From a virus (taxonomy: Duplodnaviria > Caudoviricetes): a DNA stretch of 24,389 nucleotides. A program made the position numbers and the translations under genes. Positions within the stretch are counted from its first letter, which is position 1; each line of letters opens with the position of its first letter. The stretch spans positions 1-24,389 of the IMG/VR virus record IMGVR_UViG_3300031539_006876. One strand, 5' to 3'. Under the pieces are notes generated by a model. The model searched no databases, was not told the DNA's origin, and worked only from the letters and a program-made list of their open reading frames with translations. This document shows, one piece after another, positions 7,897 through 15,532 of the stretch.

Positions 7897-8130
7897 ATGG
7901 CTGTAATACATTTGTCTAAACCCAGTAAAATTATCAATAATTGCCTAACAGTAGTTGGTCTACCACCTACTGGACCTTCAGTATCTCCTGATTATACTTT
8001 AGGTTTTCCTTTTTGTTTAGCAAATGAGGAAGAGACAGCTAGAATAACAGGTGTTTTAGACGACAGATACGACAATACATTTGACAATAATTATTTTTGT
8101 TGCAGTCCAATTGATGGTGGTGATGCTTAA
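7897..8130 (+). CDS. Small hypothetical protein
   Basis: 77 aa with SD GGGAG; fills the gap between its neighbours and ends in IDGGDA. Confidence 0.6.
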   Translation: MAVIHLSKPSKIINNCLTVVGLPPTGPSVSPDYTLGFPFCLANEEETARITGVLDDRYDNTFDNNYFCCSPIDGGDA

Positions 8131-8132
8131 CC

Positions 8133-8148
8133 GGTGTAATTAATACTA
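8133..8148 (+). promoter_or_regulatory. Candidate late promoter GGTGTA-N4-ATACTA (copy 3)
   Basis: GGTGTA ATTA ATACTA immediately before SD GAGGT and the 8161 start. Confidence 0.5.
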
Positions 8149-8160
8149 GAGGTAATCCAA

Positions 8161-8496
8161 ATGAAACCAAACTATAGGACAAGTGAATTTTGGTTTACTG
8201 TGGTTAGTTTTATATTTAGTGGACTATTTCTTTTAGGGGTAATACAGGATTTTGACCAAAAAGAAGAACTTATTTCTGATGTTACCCACGGAGTAGAAAG
8301 TATTATCTTGCTTTCCGGGCAAGCTGCAATATTATATAGATACATAAGAAGTCGTAACGAGCAGAAAAAAAGTCAAGCAGATATTGATCTAGCCAAAGAA
8401 GTAGCAAGACAAGTAGAGATCGAACTAGAAAAAAGGAAGTTACAAAAAAATGACGAGCCAAGAATTGATAACTCAGGAAGTTCAGAAACTAATTGA
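8161..8496 (+). CDS. Holin-like two-TM membrane protein
   Basis: N-terminal KPNYRTSEFW, then TM1 (FTVVSFIFSGLFLLGVI), a second hydrophobic segment ending YIRSR, and a charged tail. I associate this pattern with phage holin-like proteins. Confidence 0.55.
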   Translation: MKPNYRTSEFWFTVVSFIFSGLFLLGVIQDFDQKEELISDVTHGVESIILLSGQAAILYRYIRSRNEQKKSQADIDLAKEVARQVEIELEKRKLQKNDEPRIDNSGSSETN

Positions 8497-8845
8497 AACA
8501 GTTAAAAAAAGTTTTAAGGACATAAAGAGAATCGCTTTATCAGAAGCGTGGAAAGTTTTGCAATTAGCAATAGCTACTGTTGTACAAATTGTTGAGGCTA
8601 TAGGAACAGATCTAAGCAGTCCCGACAAAAAACAACTAGCCATGAATCTTTTAAGTGAATTTTACGATAAAGTTTTCTTGATCGTAGATGTTCCAGTGGT
8701 TCCTAATTTATTGGAACCTGTAATACATAAATATGTTAAAGCTTTTCTTATGTTGTTGGTAAGTTCAACAATTGATAGTATGGTAACAGTATTTAGAAAC
8801 ACAGGAGTATTTAAGCCTAAAACACCATCAGTAGAGGTAGTATAA
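8450..8845 (+). CDS. Amphipathic helical hypothetical protein (membrane-associated?)
   Basis: SD AGGA; hydrophobic helices flank SSPDKKQLA and VDVPVVPNLLEP. Confidence 0.65.
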   Translation: MTSQELITQEVQKLIETVKKSFKDIKRIALSEAWKVLQLAIATVVQIVEAIGTDLSSPDKKQLAMNLLSEFYDKVFLIVDVPVVPNLLEPVIHKYVKAFLMLLVSSTIDSMVTVFRNTGVFKPKTPSVEVV

Positions 8846-9264
8846 TGAATTATTCACAAAGTTTTGAAGAATTTTCTAGTTCTGTAGGCCCAACGGATTT
8901 AGCTTTATATGCAGGAGTAGGGATTGCATTATTTGTATTATTTAAGGACAGACTAAGCCCTGTTCAAAAAGTGTTAATAGATTTTCTAGAAACAGCAAAA
9001 AAATGGTTTCAAGATACAACAAAACCAAAACCCCCTGTTGTTGGTCCATTACCAGACTTTCCTGTACCAACAGTACCACCATTAGTTAGGCCGCAAGTAG
9101 AAACCAAAAATGTTGGATTTCTTGATTTAGTAGCATCATGGAAACAGACGAGAGATTTATCAAAAGAGTATGGTTGCGAACAGGCTACAGAAATGTTAGA
9201 CCAAGTATTTCAGTATTTATCACCCGTAGTTTGCCTTGATGAGGAGAAAAATAATGAACAGTAA
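8845..9264 (+). CDS. Single-TM protein with Pro-rich linker
   Basis: TAATG coupling and SD GAGGT; TM LALYAGVGIALFVLF; Pro-rich KPKPPVVGPLPDFPVPTVPP. Confidence 0.7.
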   Translation: MNYSQSFEEFSSSVGPTDLALYAGVGIALFVLFKDRLSPVQKVLIDFLETAKKWFQDTTKPKPPVVGPLPDFPVPTVPPLVRPQVETKNVGFLDLVASWKQTRDLSKEYGCEQATEMLDQVFQYLSPVVCLDEEKNNEQ

Positions 9265-9751
9265 AGTAATACTAGTAGGAGCAGCCATATTAATTGCAAT
9301 AGGAATTTTTAAACCAGATTTCTCTAACCTATTACCAAAACCAGGAGTAGTCGTGAATACGCCAACTGTAGAAGTAAAAGAACCCGCTGATCCTGCACTT
9401 AAAACTGCTGCTCTACAAATTGTAGAAATATTAAAAAATGGAGGTTCAGACAGAACTGTTGATGGACTAGAATTAAGTAAACTATATTTAGATATGGCTA
9501 ATTTAATCTCTCTAGATGAAGAAAATCTAGTTGTAAAAACAACCAGTGAGATCAAAGAAATTAATAGCGTAGCCGGGTCGATGATGAACCTAAAACTAAA
9601 AGGCAAATATCCAGATTTTGCATTAACCGCAAAAGAATTGGTTGTTTCTGTTATGGGAGATGAAGTTTCTGTATTAAACGAAGAGTCTAGAACAAAAGCT
9701 GTTTCGGCATTTGAGGCATTGGCTTGGGCTTGTTATGAAGGAGCAAAATAA
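9254..9751 (+). CDS. Exported or membrane-anchored helical protein
   Basis: ATG at 9254 follows GAGGAG and is preferred over 9236. Signal/anchor MNSKVILVGAAILIAIGIF, then a Pro-rich linker and a helical domain. Confidence 0.7.
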   Translation: MNSKVILVGAAILIAIGIFKPDFSNLLPKPGVVVNTPTVEVKEPADPALKTAALQIVEILKNGGSDRTVDGLELSKLYLDMANLISLDEENLVVKTTSEIKEINSVAGSMMNLKLKGKYPDFALTAKELVVSVMGDEVSVLNEESRTKAVSAFEALAWACYEGAK

Positions 9752-10683
9752 TGGCAAGATTAAAACCTGAAGAACTATACGAACTATACAGAAAAGAAAA
9801 TATTATTGGTTGTATTGACGAGCCACATGTTTTTGAAGAACTAATGCAGTCTTCAAAGTATGCTTATTTTGCCGATGGTGCTAAATCTATTAAAGATAGT
9901 GGTAAAGGTAAACTAGCACTACCTTTTAAAAGTGTTCTGAAATTTGATAGTAAAGCATATTCAGAGCGACAAACTACAGGGGATTGCGTTTCGCACGGAA
10001 CAAGATCGGCTGTAGATTTAAGTAGAGCGGTAGAAATTGATATAAAAGGAGAAAAAGAAGGATGGCATTATAGAGGGGCCACAGAGGCTATCTATGGAGC
10101 AAGAGGGCACGGTGGTCAGGGTATGAGTTGTTCTAGAGCGGCTACATTTATAAGTCAAAGTGGAGGAATATTATTAAGAAAAAATTATCCTGGCATTGCT
10201 GACTTTAGTAAATATAATGGTAATCTTGGTGCTGGTTGGGGAAGCAGGGGTTTGCCCGATAAAGTTATTGATGAAGCAGAAAAGCATCAAGTTAAAACTG
10301 TTTCTTTGATAAAAAGCACAGAAGAAGCCAGAGATGCTTTAGCGAATGGATATGGCATATGTGTATGTTCTGGGTATGGATTTTCTAATAAAAGAGATTC
10401 AAAGGGTATAGCAAGAAAATCTGGCTCCTGGGCTCATGCGATGGCTTGGGTAGCAGTGGATGATACTCATGACAGATATAATGAAACATTATTCTTAGTT
10501 CAAAATAGTTGGGGTCTCTGGAATTCTGGGCCAAAAGTTCATGATCAGCCAGATGGTAGTTTTTGGATAAGAGAAAGCGATGCCGCTGGTATGATAGCAC
10601 AAAGAGGATCTTATGCTTTTAGTAACGTAAATGGATTTCCTCCACAAAAACTTGATGATCTTGGTTTTGTAGATTATCTTTAA
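9751..10683 (+). CDS. Papain-like cysteine peptidase (C1 family)
   Basis: Oxyanion Gln and catalytic Cys in RQTTGDCVSHG (C79), His in WAHAMAWV (H229), Asn in LVQNSWG (N252), and a C-terminal GSFWI motif. Confidence 0.88.
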   Translation: MARLKPEELYELYRKENIIGCIDEPHVFEELMQSSKYAYFADGAKSIKDSGKGKLALPFKSVLKFDSKAYSERQTTGDCVSHGTRSAVDLSRAVEIDIKGEKEGWHYRGATEAIYGARGHGGQGMSCSRAATFISQSGGILLRKNYPGIADFSKYNGNLGAGWGSRGLPDKVIDEAEKHQVKTVSLIKSTEEARDALANGYGICVCSGYGFSNKRDSKGIARKSGSWAHAMAWVAVDDTHDRYNETLFLVQNSWGLWNSGPKVHDQPDGSFWIRESDAAGMIAQRGSYAFSNVNGFPPQKLDDLGFVDYL

Positions 10684-10693
10684 GGAGAATAAT

Positions 10694-10879
10694 ATGAGCT
10701 TATTAGACAAAATGGCTTTTAACCGATTAGTTGCTATAATTGCAAATTTTGTTTTGAACGTAATAAAAATATTTGCTCCTAAAGCAGTGGAAGACATTGA
10801 AGTACCAGAAGTAACCCCAGGAAGAAGAAAGATATTTCCTATTTTCAGAAAGAAGAAACAAGATGAAAGTACTAAGTAG
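10694..10879 (+). CDS. Small membrane-associated protein
   Basis: Strong SD TAAGGAG; hydrophobic RLVAIIANFVLNVIKIF and basic tail RRKIFPIFRKKK. Confidence 0.65.
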   Translation: MSLLDKMAFNRLVAIIANFVLNVIKIFAPKAVEDIEVPEVTPGRRKIFPIFRKKKQDESTK

Positions 10880-11201
10880 CATTTTAATACTAGCAGCAAT
10901 GGGTACTATAGTGGCAAAAGATTTTCAACCTTCTTCTATAAGTGCTGTAAGTTTAATAGGAGGAGTCATTAGAGCTAGACATATCGCTGAAGAACAAGAT
11001 ACTAAATACCCAAGAGATGAATGTCCAGTGTGCGAGGGTAAAGGTTGGTATCGAAGTGGAGACGGCATTGAAGAAGTACCTTGTGGATATTGCGAGCCAA
11101 CTAAAAAAGAACCAACATTAGATCCTGTGTATGAGCAAGATCATAATACTGACCCTCCACTCGTTCCAGTTAAACCAGATACTTTTTATTTAAGGAAATA
11201 A
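10863..11201 (+). CDS. Signal-peptide protein with a DnaJ-type CxxCxGxG...CxxC module
   Basis: N-terminus MKVLSSILILAAMGTIVA; CPVCEGKGWYRSGDGIEEVPCGYC. Confidence 0.65.
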   Translation: MKVLSSILILAAMGTIVAKDFQPSSISAVSLIGGVIRARHIAEEQDTKYPRDECPVCEGKGWYRSGDGIEEVPCGYCEPTKKEPTLDPVYEQDHNTDPPLVPVKPDTFYLRK

Positions 11202-11204
11202 TAA

Positions 11205-11606
11205 ATGTCAGCAGAAATTATAGAGAACCTAGCAAAAAAAATCCTTGATAAAACCAATGATCAAGTAAAAGAAGAAAACAAATATGGTATTGACCCAATA
11301 ACCATAATAATGTTAATAGGCTTAGCCTTAACTTTGATTAGAATAATACAAGAATGTAGAAAAGATAAAATGAAAGGATTTGGAAGTCAATCAGAGAAAG
11401 CAGACTATATCACAACAGAAGCCAAGTTCTTATGTTTTAATCATAGCTGGCTCACAAGAAGAAGAATAAAGAAAGCCATTCAAAATAATTTAACAAAACA
11501 ACAATATAAGGTATACGGAGAGCCTCTTCTAAAATCGGTTTTAGAAGTAGGAAAAACATTAACGGAAGAAGAAACCAAGGCATTACTGGAGTACAAAAAT
11601 GTTTAG
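11205..11606 (+). CDS. Single-TM hypothetical protein
   Basis: SD TAAGGA; TM DPITIIMLIGLALTLIRII followed by a basic helical domain. Confidence 0.7.
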   Translation: MSAEIIENLAKKILDKTNDQVKEENKYGIDPITIIMLIGLALTLIRIIQECRKDKMKGFGSQSEKADYITTEAKFLCFNHSWLTRRRIKKAIQNNLTKQQYKVYGEPLLKSVLEVGKTLTEEETKALLEYKNV

Positions 11607-11847
11607 TATATTAGTATGGTGTGTTTACGGTATTTTTGTAGGCAGCATTGCTAAAAGCATAATACCAGGAGAAGAGAATTTTGGCTTCATTAAAACTATA
11701 GTACTAGGAGTAGCAGGATCTTATATGGGTGGCGCTATAATGTATTTATTAGGCCAGTACGACGCAATATCACCAGCCGGCTTGTTTATGGGCGTTGCTG
11801 GATCATGCTTATCCCTTGTTCTATATAATAAATTGATCAAAAATTAA
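11599..11847 (+). CDS. GlsB/YeaQ/YmgE family (transglycosylase-associated) small membrane protein
   Basis: 82 aa with three Gly-rich TMs; GIFVGSIAKSIIPG...GFIKTIVLGVAGSYMGG matches the family pattern GxxAGxxAxxxxPG...GxxxTxxLGxxGxxxGG. Confidence 0.8.
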   Translation: MFSILVWCVYGIFVGSIAKSIIPGEENFGFIKTIVLGVAGSYMGGAIMYLLGQYDAISPAGLFMGVAGSCLSLVLYNKLIKN

Positions 11848-11869
11848 TTAGTTTTCAAAATCATCGAAC

Positions 11870-11907
11870 AAAAACGAACCCTAATTTTTTCAGGTGTTCG
11901 TTTTTTT
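11870..11907 (+). terminator. Intrinsic terminator-like hairpin (possibly bidirectional) ending the membrane cassette
   Basis: AAAAACGAAC-CCT / loop / AGG-T-GTTCGTTTTT followed by more Ts; an A-run lies on the 5' side. Confidence 0.65.
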
Positions 11908-11908
11908 A

Positions 11909-11937
11909 TTGACACACCACGGCGCGTCCTCTATAAT
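11909..11937 (+). promoter_or_regulatory. Perfect-consensus sigma-70 promoter opening the nucleotide/replication block
   Basis: TTGACA (11909-11914), 17-bp spacer, TATAAT (11932-11937); T-tract upstream (UP-element-like), then SD AAGGAG and ATG 11958. Confidence 0.88.
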
Positions 11938-11957
11938 AGAAGACTCAAGGAGAACAA

Positions 11958-12425
11958 ATGAAAACAAGGCCCGATTGGACAGATTATTTCTTAGGAATTG
12001 CTAAAGTTGTATCACAACGAAGCCACGATATACATACACAACACGGTTGTGTTATTACAGATCAACAAGACAGAATTCTGGGAGTGGGTTACAATGGATT
12101 TCCAAAAGGAATGAACGACAGTGTTCTTCCTACTTCTAGGCCAGAAAAATACCCCTGGATGATACACGCTGAACGAAATGCTCTTTCTAATTGTGTTATT
12201 CGTCCAGATAATGGTATAGCATATGTTACCGGACAGTGCTGTAATGATTGTATCATGGCACTGTGGCAAGAAGGAGTAACTAAAGTTTTTATGTTGGACC
12301 AACATGGTACACAATTATTTGATCAAGAACAACAAAAAATTTTTGGTCTTTTTGTTCAGCATACAGGTATAGAAGTAAATAAAGTTGCAAGCAATCTATC
12401 TTGGTTAAGTAATTGTAAGGTGTAA
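11958..12425 (+). CDS. dCMP deaminase (ComEB/dCMP deaminase family)
   Basis: RPDWTDYFLGIA...RSHD, GVGYNGFPKG, and the Zn/catalytic motifs HAERNAL and CCNDC. Confidence 0.92.
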   Translation: MKTRPDWTDYFLGIAKVVSQRSHDIHTQHGCVITDQQDRILGVGYNGFPKGMNDSVLPTSRPEKYPWMIHAERNALSNCVIRPDNGIAYVTGQCCNDCIMALWQEGVTKVFMLDQHGTQLFDQEQQKIFGLFVQHTGIEVNKVASNLSWLSNCKV

Positions 12426-12426
12426 T

Positions 12427-12579
12427 ATGATATTGCTATGTTATTATTTGTCGCTATGTGTAGACCTTTATGGATTATTCATGAGTCAAGAAATGATTAC
12501 TCCTCCATTCACAACATCTACCGCTATAGGTCTACTTTATTTAATTTCAACACAAGAGAAAAAAGTTAATAGGAGATAA
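12427..12579 (+). CDS. Possible 50-aa hydrophobic ORF absent from the ORF track
   Basis: ATG 12427 to TAA 12579 fills the gap between the deaminase stop (12425) and the RNR start (12581): MILLCYYLSLCVDLYGLFMSQEMITPPFTTSTAIGLLYLISTQEKKVNRR. Possible SD TAAGGTG. Confidence 0.5.
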   Translation: MILLCYYLSLCVDLYGLFMSQEMITPPFTTSTAIGLLYLISTQEKKVNRR

Positions 12580-12580
12580 T

Positions 12581-14773
12581 ATGTCGGCACTGCAAGAACT
12601 ACAGAATTATACATTTGTCAGCAAATATGCTAGATGGATAGAAGAAAAACAACGTCGTGAAACATGGAAAGAAGCAGTCGATAGAGTTAGGAATATGATG
12701 CATACAAAATATGTAGATAACAATATTTCTGAAGAAATTGATTGGGCATATGATATAATGTATAAGAAAAAGGTTCTTGGTAGCCAAAGAGCATTGCAGT
12801 TCGGAGGTAAGCCAATTCTTGATCGCCACGCAAAAATCTATAACTGTACAAGTTCATATTGCGACCGATTAAGATTCTTCCAAGAATGTTTTTGGCTTCT
12901 ACTATGTGGTAGCGGAACTGGTTTTAGCGTTCAAAAACATCATATTGAAAAGTTACCAAATCTACAACACAATCCACCTAAAGGCAAAGGCGTAAAATAT
13001 GTTATCGAAGATAGTATCGAAGGTTGGGCAAACGCTCTTGGTGTGCTTCTCAGTTCTTATTTTGATAGACCTGTTGATGAGTTTGCTGAGTTTGGTAACA
13101 CTTACATAGTCTTTGACTATTCAGAAATTAGAGAAAAGGGTACTCCTTTAAGTTCTGGAGTAGGAAAAGCCCCCGGCTTTGAACCTCTCGCAAAAGGATT
13201 GGAAAAAATTAGATCACTACTTGATCGATGCATAGCCAATGGCCAAAAGAAATTAAGACCTATTGATGCTTATGATATTGTTATGCACAGTAGTGACGCT
13301 GTATTATCCGGCGGAGTTCGTAGATCAGCATCGCTGGCATTATTTAGTCCAGATGATGAAGAAATGGCTAAGGCCAAAACAGGAAATTGGTTTATAGATA
13401 ATCCACAAAGAGCAAGAAGTAATAATTCAGCTCTTTTACTTAAAGACTCAACAACTTTTGAAGAATTTCAAACGCTCATGGAAAGCGTAAAAGAGTTTGG
13501 AGAGCCAGGGTTTATATGGAGCGAGTCTAGGGACATGATTTTTAATCCTTGCGTTGAAATAGGCATGTGGCCTGTTGACGAAGAATCTGGCAAGTCTGGT
13601 TGGCAAGGATGCAACCTATCAACAATCAATTGCTCTTCTGTAACAGACGAAAATGATTTTTATGAAAGATGTCGTGCCGCTGCTATTATCGGTACATTAC
13701 AAGCAGGATTTACAGATCTAGAATATTTAGGAGAAACCAGTGAAAAAATCTTTGAAAGAGAAGCCCTATTGGGTGTTAGTCTTACAGGAACTATGGAAAA
13801 GCCTGATCTTGTTCTTTCAGAAAAAATATTAAGAGAAGGAGCAAAGATTGCTGTAAAAACTAATGAAGAAATTGCTAAGAAGATAGGTATAAAACAGGCT
13901 GCTAGAGTAACCTGTTTAAAGCCAGAGGGAACATCTAGTTCTATGCTAGGCACAAGTTCTGGTATACACCCTCATCATGCCAAAAGATATATTCGTCATG
14001 TGCAAGCAAACATGCTTGAAGCACCATACGAATATTTCAAAAGCTATAACCCACAAGCATGTGAAAAAAGCAGTTGGTCAGCAAATGATACAGATGAGGT
14101 TATTAAATTTCCTATTGAAGTGCCGGATGGTTCAAAGCTAAGAAATCAACTTCCGGCAGTAGAAATGCTTAGTGTTGTAAAACAAACACAGCAAAACTGG
14201 GTAAATAGCGGCAAAAATAAAAAACTTTGTACGCAAACTTATCTGTCTCATAATGTAAGTAATACTGTAACTGTTAAACCAGATGAATGGGATGATGTTA
14301 CAAAGTATATTTATGAGAATAGAAAATATTACGCAGGAATAAGTCTGATTCCTCAGAGTGGAGATAAAGACTATCCACAAGCTCCTTTTACAACTGTTTA
14401 TACCAGCAGAGAAATAGTAAAAGAATATGGAGATGCCGCTCTATGGTGTTCTGGATTAATTGAATTAGCACTGCAATCGTTTAATGGAAACCTATGGGCT
14501 GCGTGTGATTATGTTGCGATGAACCAGTTCAAGGATGGAGACGAAGAAAAGAAGCTTGTTTTCGTAACAAAGGTGAAAAATTTTGCTGGTAAATATTTTG
14601 ATGGAGACATCAAGAAATTAACCTATTGCATGAAAGACGTATATAATTGGAAAATTTATTGTGATCTAAAAGAAAGTTTCAAAAAGGTTGATTATACCCA
14701 ATTATCAGAAACGGAGGATAATACCACAGGCATAGAAGAAATTAGTTGTGCTGGCGGCGCTTGTTTAATCTAA
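12581..14773 (+). CDS. nrdJ: Class II (adenosylcobalamin-dependent) ribonucleotide reductase, monomeric RTPR type
   Basis: KYAR...RRETW, IYNC, GSGTGFSV, DSIEGW, SGGVRRSA, NPCVEI (thiyl Cys/Glu), CNLSTIN, LKPEGT and the C-terminal redox pair CAGGAC; no beta-subunit gene nearby. Confidence 0.9.
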   Translation: MSALQELQNYTFVSKYARWIEEKQRRETWKEAVDRVRNMMHTKYVDNNISEEIDWAYDIMYKKKVLGSQRALQFGGKPILDRHAKIYNCTSSYCDRLRFFQECFWLLLCGSGTGFSVQKHHIEKLPNLQHNPPKGKGVKYVIEDSIEGWANALGVLLSSYFDRPVDEFAEFGNTYIVFDYSEIREKGTPLSSGVGKAPGFEPLAKGLEKIRSLLDRCIANGQKKLRPIDAYDIVMHSSDAVLSGGVRRSASLALFSPDDEEMAKAKTGNWFIDNPQRARSNNSALLLKDSTTFEEFQTLMESVKEFGEPGFIWSESRDMIFNPCVEIGMWPVDEESGKSGWQGCNLSTINCSSVTDENDFYERCRAAAIIGTLQAGFTDLEYLGETSEKIFEREALLGVSLTGTMEKPDLVLSEKILREGAKIAVKTNEEIAKKIGIKQAARVTCLKPEGTSSSMLGTSSGIHPHHAKRYIRHVQANMLEAPYEYFKSYNPQACEKSSWSANDTDEVIKFPIEVPDGSKLRNQLPAVEMLSVVKQTQQNWVNSGKNKKLCTQTYLSHNVSNTVTVKPDEWDDVTKYIYENRKYYAGISLIPQSGDKDYPQAPFTTVYTSREIVKEYGDAALWCSGLIELALQSFNGNLWAACDYVAMNQFKDGDEEKKLVFVTKVKNFAGKYFDGDIKKLTYCMKDVYNWKIYCDLKESFKKVDYTQLSETEDNTTGIEEISCAGGACLI

Positions 14774-14797
14774 TATCAAAAAGAAAGGTATAACACC

Positions 14798-15532
14798 TTG
14801 AGAAAAAAGAAAATTACAACAGATAGAAAACCTAAGTTTATTGATATTACTAAAAGTATAATTCCAGAAACAGTAGAAATACAACATAAAAATAGGTTAA
14901 TAGCAAGAAGTGATAATCAAAAAGAATTTATCAGATCTATGGTGGAAAACGATATTGTTTTTTGTCAGGGATTAGCTGGCTCTGGTAAAACGCATATTGC
15001 AATTGGAATGGCTTTAGAATGGCTTTTAAAAGATAAGGTTGGGAAAATAGTTATTACTAGACCAGTTGTTGAAGCAGGCGAGAAGATTGGTTTCCTTCCC
15101 GGTTCAGCAGAAGAAAAGATTCATCCATATCTAATACCTATTTTAGATGAAATCAATCACTTTATTAGTATGGCCGATTATGCTAGATTAAAAAATGAAA
15201 ATAGAATAGAAATAGTTCCACTAGGATTAATGAGAGGAAGAAATTTTCATGATGCTTTTATTGTGGCTGACGAATGCCAGAATGCTACATACGATCAGTT
15301 AAAAATGCTTATCACAAGAATTGGAACTGATAGTAAAATGGTTTTAACTGGAGACGCAGCTCAAAGCGATTTAAATAGGCATGTCAAAGGTGGTTTTGTG
15401 AGAATCATGGAAAGACTAAGTGGTGTAGATGGTGTTGGTCTTGCATTTTTGGAAGCGTGTGATATAGTAAGAAATCCAATAATTGGAAGAATACTAGACA
15501 GGCTAGAAGAATATGAAAACAAACCATACTAA
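14798..15532 (+). CDS. phoH: PhoH-family ATPase
   Basis: TTG start after AAAGGT; GLAGSGKT, ITRPVVEAGEKIGFLPG, MRGRNF, ADECQN, TRIG, GDAAQSD, DIVRNP. Confidence 0.95.
   Translation: MRKKKITTDRKPKFIDITKSIIPETVEIQHKNRLIARSDNQKEFIRSMVENDIVFCQGLAGSGKTHIAIGMALEWLLKDKVGKIVITRPVVEAGEKIGFLPGSAEEKIHPYLIPILDEINHFISMADYARLKNENRIEIVPLGLMRGRNFHDAFIVADECQNATYDQLKMLITRIGTDSKMVLTGDAAQSDLNRHVKGGFVRIMERLSGVDGVGLAFLEACDIVRNPIIGRILDRLEEYENKPY

Noticed and set aside
7552-11847. Firm host assignment (e.g. Planctomycetota) from the membrane cassette
   Set aside because: Only an impression from recalled similar hypothetical proteins; it cannot be supported without homology searches.
12426-12580. Canonical cobalamin riboswitch before nrdJ
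   Set aside because: I could not find the conserved GGGAA, GCAACTGT or B12-box elements; only generic pairing is reported.
5465-15427. GGTGTA inside coding sequence (5465, 6182, 7408, 15422)
   Set aside because: These are Gly-Val codon pairs at roughly chance frequency and lack the ATACTA half; 6182, upstream of the DeoC-like gene, cannot be fully excluded.
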